Shown here one piece after another: positions 29,770 through 38,555 of a stretch of DNA of 64,000 nucleotides; the first letter of the stretch is position 1, and each line of letters starts with the position of its first letter. Where the stretch lies: sequence record OV696614; one strand, given 5' to 3'. The position numbers and the translations under genes were made by a program. A model generated the notes under the pieces. It had not been told where the DNA came from and made no database searches. It was given only the letters and a program-made list of their open reading frames with translations. The DNA is from Escherichia phage Cyrano.

Positions 29770-30242
29770 AGATGATAGCTGCTGTTGGCCGTAACTATGA
29801 GATCGGCATAGCGAACGAACTGCCCTGGCGTTGTTCTACCGATCTGAAGCTATTTAAGAGACTCACCAAAAACGCCACTGTCGTTATGGGGCGTAAAACG
29901 ATGGAAAGTCTCAAACGCCCTCTTCCAGAGCGTCATAACCTCGTTTTGACGCGCTCTCATGGCTTTGTACCAAATGGATTCTACCCTGCTGGTGTGGATG
30001 ATGTGTTGCGATTACCAGAGCCTGTGTGGGTGATTGGCGGGGAACAAATTTACTCGCTATTCATGCCGCATGTTGAAGAGATTTGGCTCTCCCACATCGG
30101 CGTTGATGTACCAAACGCCGATGCATTCTTCCCGGCAAGCATGATGCGTAACTTAGGCTTTGTGCCTGTTGAAACAGCTTATACCCAACGAGCCAGCGAG
30201 GAAGAGCCTGGCTTTTCGCAGATCGTATACAGAAGGTCGTAA
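29766..30242 (+). CDS. folA: dihydrofolate reductase
   Basis: MIAAVGRNYEIG...LPWR...DLKLFKRLT...VVMGRKTMESLKRPLPER...VIGGEQIY follows the DHFR fold pattern; adjacent to thyA. Confidence 0.8.
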   Translation: MKMIAAVGRNYEIGIANELPWRCSTDLKLFKRLTKNATVVMGRKTMESLKRPLPERHNLVLTRSHGFVPNGFYPAGVDDVLRLPEPVWVIGGEQIYSLFMPHVEEIWLSHIGVDVPNADAFFPASMMRNLGFVPVETAYTQRASEEEPGFSQIVYRRS

Positions 30243-30886
30243 TGGATTACCGGATTGGGATCACTGGTGCTCAGGGCAGTGGGAAAACAACCCTGGCTAA
30301 ATATATCGACAAACATTACGGAATCCCTTACGTGGATGCTGGTGTCGGAAGTTTGATGAGCCGCCTCGGTGTTCGAGTAGGTGAGTCTATGCCTCTATAT
30401 GAGCGGCTTCAGATTCAAATGGAAATAGCAAAGCATATAGAGCTACTTACACGTGGTGTTGAAGGCTTTGTTATCGATCGCACACCTGCTGATGTTATGG
30501 CCTACACGTTGGATTTGGTCGGCCATACAAATGAAGATCGGTGTATTGAGTTAGCCCTCGATATCGAAAAGTTTTGCCACAAAACTGCTATTTCAAACTT
30601 TAACGCCATTGCTGGCCTACGCCCGGGGGTCGCTCTCTCAGAGCGAGATTACTTGCGATCACAACGAGCATCATTAGACCGTCTGTATGTCGCTCGTATT
30701 GATGCGTTGATGTGCGGGGAACTGACAAAAATTCACCTGCATCCGCAAAGGGGAGATCTGCAAACCTTCGTCGTTTCCAACCGATATCGCACGGTTGAAG
30801 CAAGAGCCAGATCAGTGATGAGAATGCTAGATAACGCTGTAGAAAAGATAGAAAACCGGTTCTGTGGCCGAGTAACCGTTCATTAG
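30242..30886 (+). CDS. P-loop nucleotide kinase (putative dNMP kinase)
   Basis: N-terminal Walker A IGITGAQGSGKTT as in small nucleotide kinases; nucleotide-metabolism context. Confidence 0.45.
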   Translation: MDYRIGITGAQGSGKTTLAKYIDKHYGIPYVDAGVGSLMSRLGVRVGESMPLYERLQIQMEIAKHIELLTRGVEGFVIDRTPADVMAYTLDLVGHTNEDRCIELALDIEKFCHKTAISNFNAIAGLRPGVALSERDYLRSQRASLDRLYVARIDALMCGELTKIHLHPQRGDLQTFVVSNRYRTVEARARSVMRMLDNAVEKIENRFCGRVTVH

Positions 30887-30947
30887 AAATTGTTCGCCTC
30901 TTCGACATTGCGACAATAAAACTCTCAAAATGGGTTAAGGATAAAAA

Positions 30948-31367
30948 ATGTTTAGTGAAATGTTACTTGAAGATGAACTGGATCGGAAAACAACAGAGGC
31001 TTTGATTCGTGTAGCGGACGAACATTCCCGGTCGCTTATGAGCGATCGAGAGGCTCGTCTGGCTATTCGTACCGTATTCGAAATTGCGCAAGGGCTTGTT
31101 GGCGCACAAGTAGGTGAAGCCATTAACATCGCCATGTCTCAGTTCAGTGAAGACAGTAAAAAGCCTCTGTTTCCTATGCATTTGATGCTGGCTGGTGGCA
31201 CGGTGCTTTATATCTCTGTTTGTCTGGATAGCAACCAAATCAATATTCTCAACACTGCGTCAGGTAAGTGGAAAGATCCGATTGTCTGTGAAACCAGTGA
31301 AGAAACTTTGAAAAAAGCGGCTCAATTTGTACGTAGCGCACTACTTAAGGGCGCTAAGAAGTTGTAA
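30948..31367 (+). CDS. hypothetical protein
   Basis: 139-codon ORF with RBS-like AAGGATAAAAAATG context; no recognisable motif. Confidence 0.45.
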   Translation: MFSEMLLEDELDRKTTEALIRVADEHSRSLMSDREARLAIRTVFEIAQGLVGAQVGEAINIAMSQFSEDSKKPLFPMHLMLAGGTVLYISVCLDSNQINILNTASGKWKDPIVCETSEETLKKAAQFVRSALLKGAKKL

Positions 31368-31376
31368 GGAGTTCTG

Positions 31377-31934
31377 ATGACAACGATTGTTGCAGGCATC
31401 GATATCGAGTCTACGGGACTGGATTTCCTTGCTGGTCATAAAATTATTGAAATCGCAATTACCCGCTATGAACTGGAGACACAGAGACATATTGATAGTC
31501 TGGAGATGCGTTTTAACCCTCGCAGAAACATAGATCCGAAAGCTCAAGCCGTTCATGGCATTTCATTAGAACAGCTGGCAGCTGAACCTTTGTTGTCAAA
31601 TCATGCCAGCGAAATTGGCGCTTATATGGAGGCATGTAGTGCGTGGGTTGCTCATAACGGCGAAGCATTTGATATACCATTTATTAGACACGAGTTTTCA
31701 GGGTATGGAGTAAGACTGCCAGACGTTCCCGTTATAGATACTATGTTATCGGGATTGTGGGCCACAGAAGACGGTAAACGTCCTCGTCTTGAAGAATTGG
31801 CCTTCTCTCTTGGCTTTATATACGATCATGCCAAAGCACATAGTGCCTTATATGACACAAACTTAATGATGCAATGCTTCTTTAAGGCACGTAATAAATA
31901 CGGATTTTTTAAATTACCCTCTGAAATTGTGTAA
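31377..31934 (+). CDS. DnaQ-like DEDDh 3'-5' exonuclease (putative proofreading subunit)
   Basis: Exo I GIDIESTGLD, Exo II WVAHNGEAFDIPFI, Exo III HSALYDT, in the canonical order. Confidence 0.7.
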   Translation: MTTIVAGIDIESTGLDFLAGHKIIEIAITRYELETQRHIDSLEMRFNPRRNIDPKAQAVHGISLEQLAAEPLLSNHASEIGAYMEACSAWVAHNGEAFDIPFIRHEFSGYGVRLPDVPVIDTMLSGLWATEDGKRPRLEELAFSLGFIYDHAKAHSALYDTNLMMQCFFKARNKYGFFKLPSEIV

Positions 31935-31937
31935 AAC

Positions 31938-31977
31938 AAAAGCCTGCTTTAAAGAGAGTTTGAAGCAGGCTTTCTTT
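31938..31977 (+). terminator. rho-independent terminator
   Basis: Hairpin AAAGCCTGCTT...AAGCAGGCTTT followed by T-tract. Confidence 0.55.
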
Positions 31978-32094
31978 TAAAGAACAGTCGCCTTTCAATC
32001 ATTTCCTGCCTGTATTTAATACTTTTCCGCCTGATAGGTTTAGTCAAAATGTAGCCATCGAAACGCAAATGCAACTAAACAGAAGGAGACTTAC

Positions 32095-32904
32095 ATGAGT
32101 TCGGTTGAAAATGTAATGACAAATGATGATCTGGATGAGCTGACAGCCATGTTGCAATCACTTGATGAACCAGTAAAAAAAGCTGCACAGGTTGAAAATA
32201 CTGATGATATTGACGATCTGCTTCTCGGCCTCGATGCTGGCGTAGCCATGAGTTCTGATGATGTTGCCGAAGAACTGTTCAATGAAGAAAAAGCAGGTGA
32301 TTTCAGCTCTGCTTTAAATGAGTTGGAGTTAGCGCATGAGCCTATAAACGTAATTAATGCTGAAAGTGTTGAAGCTGCCGTAAACGAGCCAGAACAATTG
32401 GGATTTATTGAGGTTGAAGGGTGTGTTGAGGTTAATGAAGAATTAAAAGTTCAACAGTCAAATGATAGCAATACAAATAAAAAAGCTCGTACTGCAAGAG
32501 GTCCTCGCTTCACTTTAAGTGATAAAGATGATTCGTTTTTCAATAAAGCGGGCTTAGAAAAAGATATTTTCTTAGACGCTTACGATAACGCGCCTGTCAA
32601 AGCAAAGGATAAGATATTAAACCTTCTTAATTGGTTTAGCGGAGGTCCAGATATTAGTGTTTACACGGTAATTTCCATGAGACACCTTCTCACAGAAAAG
32701 AAGGCTACAAGTAATAGTATTAAGATTGCTTTAATGAGCAATCCAGAAAAACCGTATCCGCTTAACACTGCGTCAACTCAGGCTGGGCAAATGATGGCTG
32801 TATTTCCAGCGACAGGAATTGCCGTTAGAGACGGTGGAAATCTAACATTGAACGAAGAATCACCGATCGTTAAGAAGTTTGTAGCGGAGTACACTATTGG
32901 ATGA
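32095..32904 (+). CDS. highly acidic hypothetical protein
   Basis: 269 aa; N-terminal ~120 aa is strongly Asp/Glu-rich (DDLDELTAMLQSLDE...DDIDDLLLGLD...). Lies upstream of the Dam-like methylase. Confidence 0.5.
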   Translation: MSSVENVMTNDDLDELTAMLQSLDEPVKKAAQVENTDDIDDLLLGLDAGVAMSSDDVAEELFNEEKAGDFSSALNELELAHEPINVINAESVEAAVNEPEQLGFIEVEGCVEVNEELKVQQSNDSNTNKKARTARGPRFTLSDKDDSFFNKAGLEKDIFLDAYDNAPVKAKDKILNLLNWFSGGPDISVYTVISMRHLLTEKKATSNSIKIALMSNPEKPYPLNTASTQAGQMMAVFPATGIAVRDGGNLTLNEESPIVKKFVAEYTIG

Positions 32905-33087
32905 CGTCCCCCTACTGAAAATAAAGCCCATAGAGAGCTTTATAGTGCTGGGTAAGCCAATCACATATCCAGCACCACAAAAACGCGCCAGAGAGCTTCT
33001 CGTTTGCATTTCTGGCGCGTTTTATTTGATTGCCAGACATAAAATCAAATGCAAAAATAGGTAATCACTTACCTATCGAGAAAGAAG

Positions 33088-33681
33088 ATGATTGCAGCCG
33101 AAAAAATCAAACAGCGAAAGCGCGACAACTCTCTTCGTGACCTCTGGAGAACACCTGACTGGCTGTTTTCTGCCATTCAACGTTATCTTGGAGTGACATT
33201 TGATGTTGACGTTGCCTGCAACAAGGACAATGCGAAGCTGCCTAATTTCATAGGCGTTGAGCGTGATGCTTTGAAATCTGAATGGGGACAGCCAGGTACA
33301 ATTGCCTTCCTCAATCCACCCTACTCCAAAATCTCCCCCTGGATTGATGCGGCTATACGTGAGCAGGCTCGCGGAGTTACAACAGTGATGCTAATTCCTC
33401 AATCCCTCGATACAAAGTGGTATGAGCGTGCAACAGAGTGTGCGAATGAGACGATTATTCTGTCTGGTGGCCGCGTAGCGTTTGTCGAGCCTGACGTCAA
33501 TTTGGGTCAGGTAGAAGTAAACATCAACCCCGGTGGCAGTATGCTCGTTGTTTTTCGAGGATTCTGTCAGGACGCTGGGCACTCTATAAGCAAGATCCCT
33601 TTGGACGTCATGAAAAGTCTGGGAGGGTATGATCCTGCGAATGTGATCAGGAAAAAAAGACCATCAAAGAAGGCTGCTTAG
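33088..33681 (+). CDS. phage-type DNA N6-adenine methyltransferase (Dam family)
   Basis: Catalytic motif NPPYS (AFLNPPYSKISPWI) in a ~200-aa protein with WRTPDWLF N-terminal block, typical of the small phage Dam family. Confidence 0.75.
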   Translation: MIAAEKIKQRKRDNSLRDLWRTPDWLFSAIQRYLGVTFDVDVACNKDNAKLPNFIGVERDALKSEWGQPGTIAFLNPPYSKISPWIDAAIREQARGVTTVMLIPQSLDTKWYERATECANETIILSGGRVAFVEPDVNLGQVEVNINPGGSMLVVFRGFCQDAGHSISKIPLDVMKSLGGYDPANVIRKKRPSKKAA

Positions 33682-33843
33682 TTTGTTCTGGCGTCTGTAA
33701 TTAGCCTGCTTCTGTATATATAAATAACTACATATTAATTATTAATATACGGAAGCAGGCTGTTTTATATCAGAGACTCCCAGACCTGAACACCACTACA
33801 GAATCCACTAGAACCCCTTCCCAGACGCTTTAAAATCGATTTT

Positions 33844-34098
33844 ATGAACCACTTTAAGGAAACCAACATGTCATACCCGACTAATGTCGTTGCGCTCGTA
33901 GAGAGCGATTTTCTGGCCCAGGCTCGTGAAATGATGAAAGATCGTGAGCAGGCTTTCAACTTGTACGAGTGGGCAATTAAGTGCTTGCATCTTGGCGAGC
34001 ATCGCGAACTTGTTGAACAGCTTTTAGGTGAGTTGATCAATGAGGTGTTTGCCTTGAATGTTCAACTACATGGTCGAGAAAATAATCAATCACAATGA
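33844..34098 (+). CDS. hypothetical protein
   Basis: 84-codon ORF; no recognisable motif. Confidence 0.4.
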   Translation: MNHFKETNMSYPTNVVALVESDFLAQAREMMKDREQAFNLYEWAIKCLHLGEHRELVEQLLGELINEVFALNVQLHGRENNQSQ

Positions 34099-34681
34099 TA
34101 GATAAGTACAAACTATTTATAAAGTGAATTGTAAGTGCTAAGATCTGATAGTTTCCAGTCGTAGACTGGAGACTCGACCTGATGGGTGGGGGTAAGCGTC
34201 ACTGGCGTCAGGTTTAAAAAAGCTCACTACCAGCGTAGAACCGGCACCGTTTAGGGGTTGGGGAAGGGGGAACCAAAGTGGGCAGAGACAAGGGTCACTT
34301 TATGATTGTCGAGTCTGGAGTGTTTCGAGAGGTTGAATCCAGTACTCCCCTTCATAAAGTGTGGGAAGATCTCGGTTCTGGGGTGCTGTCATCCATAACT
34401 TCCCAAGCCTAAGCTGGCAGTAGACTTAGGTCATAACTTTTCAGGTTATGAAACGACCAGGTTGGTGAGGAAATTTTGTACTCACCTCCCTGGGAGAGTA
34501 TTACCTGAAAAGACAACCTCTCACTTCGTTCGAGGTGAACTTCACTCACTTCGTTCGTTCAGTTCAGGTTTATAAAAACCTGTTCTGGGAAGTAATTTGT
34601 TTATTTTAATAATTATTAACACGCACGCGTGTGCGCACGCGCGAGGAAAAAATCGGCGCGGCGCTTGATTCAGGAGTTTAT

Positions 34682-35275
34682 ATGACGACGAAGACACCAG
34701 CCCGATCGCAAGCAAAAACTCGCAAAAAAGCCAAAAACAAAAATTCTCCCCGCACCAATCCCACAACGTCTGTCGTAGAGTTCAATCCCCAGCTTAAAAC
34801 CGTGAAAATCTTCAGTGATGGCTCTTGCCTTAAAAATCCGGGTGGCCCGGGCGGTTACGGTATAGTTCTCCAGTATCGTGGTGAGGAACGCGAGTTCTCA
34901 GATGGTTTTCATAGCACCACCAATAACCGCATGGAGATGATGGGGGCACTTATCGGGCTGGAGCGTTTGAAATATCCATGCAACGTTATTTTGCACTCTG
35001 ATAGCCAGTATCTGAAAAACGGCATGACACTGTGGATGAAATGGTGGAAACGCAATGGATGGATGACTTCTGACAAAAAACCGGTAAAGAATGTTGATCT
35101 GTGGAAGCGTCTGGATGAGGCCGCAAGTCGACATAATGTTCGCTGGAAGTGGGTTAAAGGTCACGCCGGGCATCGTGAAAATGAAATATGTGATCGACTC
35201 GCGAAGATCGCAGCTTTTTCAGCAGCAGATATGCCTCACAAGAAAGATATTGGTTTTGTTTATAACAAGTGGTAA
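34682..35275 (+). CDS. rnhA: ribonuclease HI with basic N-terminal extension
   Basis: [17 protein letters not shown]...TNNRMEMMG...[41 protein letters not shown]...[20 protein letters not shown] closely tracks E. coli RNase HI. Start set at ATG 34682 (AGGAG RBS); the listed 34631 GTG lies inside a palindrome. Confidence 0.85.
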   Translation: MTTKTPARSQAKTRKKAKNKNSPRTNPTTSVVEFNPQLKTVKIFSDGSCLKNPGGPGGYGIVLQYRGEEREFSDGFHSTTNNRMEMMGALIGLERLKYPCNVILHSDSQYLKNGMTLWMKWWKRNGWMTSDKKPVKNVDLWKRLDEAASRHNVRWKWVKGHAGHRENEICDRLAKIAAFSAADMPHKKDIGFVYNKW

Positions 35276-35420
35276 GTAAGTGTTTACCTATCATTTTAAA
35301 TCATGTATCTTATCAGCGTCAGGATGACAATGTGTCGGTAAGACACAGTTCCAGGATGGAACGAGAAAGGCGGCTGGCAATCGCCAGCCGCAACTCTTTC
35401 TGACACTGGATGGAGTCCAC

Positions 35421-35915
35421 ATGGCACGTCAAACCTATTTCACTTCTGCAACTAAACGTCCTCGTTCACTACGTCAAATTTTGGCCGAATTATTTAGCGG
35501 TCGTGTTCTGTCACGTCTTGATGAACTGGAGACTACCGTTCGGTTGCTGAATGAACGTTTAGATAAGCAAGCGTCAGTTGTTGCGAACGTGGGGGCGATT
35601 GTTACCTCTGGTTCTTCACACCAAGCGAAAAATGCACGGCCTTTAGTGAAGGAGAAAAACAACAAGGACAGTTCGAATGGAAAATTTTCAAAGAAAGAGG
35701 CTGAAACCAATGGCCTACGTTCTCATTATAGTTTCACTGGCGACGGTAGCCGTTCCAGCCGGCCAGAGCCTTTTGATGCCGGGTTCATCCATCACCACAC
35801 CTCCGTCGACGACAATTACCACCACTCCAGTAGAGCGTCCTGTCACTCTGGATGGGATGACGGTGGATGCGATACCTCAAGTTCATCCGGTTACTCAGGA
35901 TCATGCTGTGACTAA
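35421..35915 (+). CDS. hypothetical protein (3' portion of reading frame doubtful)
   Basis: N-terminal ~95 aa look protein-like; the remaining frame is Ser/His/Cys/Gly-rich low-complexity and overlaps a better-looking ORF in another frame. Confidence 0.3.
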   Translation: MARQTYFTSATKRPRSLRQILAELFSGRVLSRLDELETTVRLLNERLDKQASVVANVGAIVTSGSSHQAKNARPLVKEKNNKDSSNGKFSKKEAETNGLRSHYSFTGDGSRSSRPEPFDAGFIHHHTSVDDNYHHSSRASCHSGWDDGGCDTSSSSGYSGSCCD

Positions 35916-35928
35916 GGCGGTTGTATGA
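35710..35928 (+). CDS. small membrane protein with Thr/Pro-rich linker
   Basis: RBS AAGAGG 9 nt upstream of ATG 35710; hydrophobic segment YVLIIVSLATVAV followed by TTPPSTTITTTP. Confidence 0.35.
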   Translation: MAYVLIIVSLATVAVPAGQSLLMPGSSITTPPSTTITTTPVERPVTLDGMTVDAIPQVHPVTQDHAVTKAVV

Positions 35929-36113
35929 ACTGGTTTTCAAATCACTTTGGAAAAATTTGGCTGGCAATTCTTGCCCTCATGGCCGCCGGTTGGGTATCGA
36001 ACATTATAAAACTTGTTTGCTCTGGCGATCTCCAGTTTCAGGCTGGCATGACCTTGGCTCGTGTAGTTGGGATTTTTGTTTTTCCAGTCGGTTCGGTACT
36101 TGGTTATTTCTGA
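35925..36113 (+). CDS. small membrane protein
   Basis: 62 aa, two hydrophobic helices; start overlaps upstream stop (ATGA). Confidence 0.35.
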   Translation: MNWFSNHFGKIWLAILALMAAGWVSNIIKLVCSGDLQFQAGMTLARVVGIFVFPVGSVLGYF

Positions 36114-36206
36114 CGGCTGTTAGTGCATATGCATTGACCATCTTTGCGTAAGCAATTTATGAAACTATAAAACAACTTGTTTTGACAAATAACAAAAGGA
36201 AAACAC

Positions 36207-36632
36207 ATGTTAGGTTTCTTCAAAAAGAAAACTCGTAAAGCAGTTATCGAAGTCAAAAAAATGGAGAACCGTGATGCGGTTGAGGCCACCGTGTGGGGCG
36301 CGTACATGATCTCCTATGCCGACGGCACATGTGACGCAAAAGAAATTGCCATTCTTGAGAAGACAATTGCAGCTCTGCCTGCGTTTTCTCCGTTTGCTGG
36401 TGAAATTGCCCAAATGAGCGCCAATATCCGTGCTCGTTACGAAGCGTCCCCTCGTTCTGCTAATGCACAGGCTATTCGTGAGCTGTCTGATATTGCGGGT
36501 ACTCCAGAGGCGGTCGATGTTCTGTGTCTGTGCCTTGATATTGCCGACCAGGACGGCATTGATGAACCAGAAGAGCAGGCGCTGAAAAAGATCGCCCAGG
36601 CGCTTCAGTTGTCACTGGATGCTTATCTCTAA
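36207..36632 (+). CDS. TerB-like domain protein (putative)
   Basis: Pattern ISYADGTCDAKEIAILEK and LCLCLDIADQDGIDEPEEQALKKIAQAL resembles the two ADG/DG-x-E repeats of TerB-family domains. Confidence 0.4.
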   Translation: MLGFFKKKTRKAVIEVKKMENRDAVEATVWGAYMISYADGTCDAKEIAILEKTIAALPAFSPFAGEIAQMSANIRARYEASPRSANAQAIRELSDIAGTPEAVDVLCLCLDIADQDGIDEPEEQALKKIAQALQLSLDAYL

Positions 36633-36790
36633 TGCTTGAGAGATTCCGGCTTGTGACCGTCATTGCTCTTCTGGTGATAGCGGTGTTGGTGGATTTTACG
36701 GGAAAGATGATGTCTGTCATTTCTGATGGCGTCCTCATTGGTCTGGCGATCTACTTCGCTTATCCGCTAGTCCGTAAAGCAACGTGTTAA
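36632..36790 (+). CDS. small membrane protein (not in supplied ORF track)
   Basis: 52-codon ORF read from the sequence (MLERFRLVTVIALLVIAVLVDF...), start overlapping the TerB-like stop (TAATG); followed by a terminator hairpin. Confidence 0.3.
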   Translation: MLERFRLVTVIALLVIAVLVDFTGKMMSVISDGVLIGLAIYFAYPLVRKATC

Positions 36791-36793
36791 TGA

Positions 36794-36820
36794 CAAGGGC
36801 CAAATGGCCCTTGTGTTTCG
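36794..36820 (+). terminator. rho-independent terminator
   Basis: Hairpin CAAGGGCC-AAAT-GGCCCTTG followed by TGTTT. Confidence 0.55.
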
Positions 36821-36929
36821 TTGACCGAAATAGAGAGTTTGCACCTTTACGTTTAGCTTGCTCCCCTTTTATGCCACATCACAATAAAGCCAATAAGAAA
36901 ACAACTTGTTTAAGCATTAGGAAAAATAC

Positions 36930-37499
36930 ATGTGCAAGAAATGCAAAGCGATAGCTGATGAACAAAACGCCTTATTCGAAGAAATGGATGCTAATGAGCT
37001 GGTCAAAATGTTAGCCATTCTTCGAGGAATAGAAGACGTTTCCATATTTGAGAGAGTGGTTACAGCACTTAATTTTGAGTCCACCTTTGAAGAGCCAACT
37101 CAGGTTGTAGCTTTAGCACATCATTTCGGTGTTCATTATCTTGCTGAAAAAGAGCGCGCTGATAAGTTGCAGGCGACTTTGGATATGGTGAGCGAGACTC
37201 AACGAACTGATGACACTAACAAGAGTGAGGCGATTATTGCCAGCAAAGATCGTGAAATTGCTGGGCTTAAATCCTCTCTAACGATGTTGATGTCTGCGTT
37301 CAATCTTATGTCTTCTCAGGCGGGTTATAAAATGCCATCACTAAACAGCGATGATCCGATGGCCGTTCGTCAGCTTTTGGGAGCAATGGCCGACCAACTC
37401 GACGACACAAAGAGTCGCCTTGAAGACATGATGCGTGAGTTAAGCCATCGACATAACCTCGCAACACAACCACACAAAGTCTTTCAAAGCTCTAATTGA
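36930..37499 (+). CDS. hypothetical protein
   Basis: 189-codon ORF preceded by the AAAACAACTTGTTT upstream motif. Confidence 0.45.
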   Translation: MCKKCKAIADEQNALFEEMDANELVKMLAILRGIEDVSIFERVVTALNFESTFEEPTQVVALAHHFGVHYLAEKERADKLQATLDMVSETQRTDDTNKSEAIIASKDREIAGLKSSLTMLMSAFNLMSSQAGYKMPSLNSDDPMAVRQLLGAMADQLDDTKSRLEDMMRELSHRHNLATQPHKVFQSSN

Positions 37500-37553
37500 T
37501 CTGATATGGCCGCATGATCGGCCATATTGTGTTGATAAAAACAAGGGTGAAAA

Positions 37554-37835
37554 ATGGCATACGGTACAGGGATTTACAACAATAAAGGAATTAACGTTAC
37601 TGGCTTCCTTACACCTATTTTTTTTCTTGATCGATTTACGGCGTCATCAGGCTCTAAGACGTACTCTAATCCGCCACCGGGTAAATCACTACATGCCGTG
37701 TGGTCATTAATGCCTCTTAACAACGACAACTACATCAATTTACCTGTTCCAAATGTTACTATTAATGGAAATACGGTTAGTTGGTCAAATTTATATACGG
37801 GGCTTGGTTCTTACATATACACATACTGGGGATAA
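37554..37835 (+). CDS. hypothetical protein, AT-rich gene
   Basis: 93 aa rich in Asn/Tyr/Gly/Thr; GC content visibly lower than surrounding genes. Confidence 0.4.
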   Translation: MAYGTGIYNNKGINVTGFLTPIFFLDRFTASSGSKTYSNPPPGKSLHAVWSLMPLNNDNYINLPVPNVTINGNTVSWSNLYTGLGSYIYTYWG

Positions 37836-37837
37836 TT

Positions 37838-38452
37838 ATGTTCGGGATGTCAATTACTCAATCAGATGGAAGTTTGTGGATGAGTCCAGAATTTACTCCG
37901 CAAAATCTGATTAATAAAGGGACAATGTCTACATCTAAAGGTTCTGTTTTTCAAACATCAATCCCATCAAACAAATCATGTTTTTTTTTCATAAAAAGCA
38001 GTAATAAGGCGAACATGATGTTTATTCATGAGCATAGTAACGGATACAATGCTCTCAGATTGCATCAGGTAAATGGTAGCCCCGGAACAATAACAGTTTA
38101 TGCTTTTTCTGATATGGTGTTACCACATTCTGGCTATGGCATTGCCATGTATAACAGCGCAGGCGCAATGGTGTATCACGGTGAGATGATGCCCCTTGAT
38201 GCGAAACTTATCACTATTTCTGACCCTCAATTTACAATAGATATGGGGTATCCATGTGCGGTAATGCCTGCTATGGTTGGAGTATATAACTATAGACGAA
38301 CCGATTACGACAGACCTGTCTATGTAACAATGACAGGTGCAACTGGAAACCAAGTATATAACGGTAAATGGTATTCCGGTAATGTCACATGGGATATTAA
38401 GAAGATTTATACAAACAAAATTCTGGTGATAAATACCTCCAAGTATGATTAG
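37838..38452 (+). CDS. hypothetical protein, AT-rich gene
   Basis: Start set at ATG two nt after the upstream stop; about 204 aa, Asn/Tyr/Ser-rich, same low-GC composition. Confidence 0.4.
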   Translation: MFGMSITQSDGSLWMSPEFTPQNLINKGTMSTSKGSVFQTSIPSNKSCFFFIKSSNKANMMFIHEHSNGYNALRLHQVNGSPGTITVYAFSDMVLPHSGYGIAMYNSAGAMVYHGEMMPLDAKLITISDPQFTIDMGYPCAVMPAMVGVYNYRRTDYDRPVYVTMTGATGNQVYNGKWYSGNVTWDIKKIYTNKILVINTSKYD

Positions 38453-38555
38453 CCAATGCCTTTATTTGAAGGATTGCCTGTTTATTTCTATTTAGTACCT
38501 TTTCATTTTTGAAATAATTGCACCATTAAACAAATCACTTCTTAATGGTGCAATT

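Noticed and set aside
34631-34681. Upstream start (GTG 34631) for rnhA
   Set aside because: Lies inside the GC-rich palindrome; ATG 34682 has a consensus AGGAG RBS at proper spacing.
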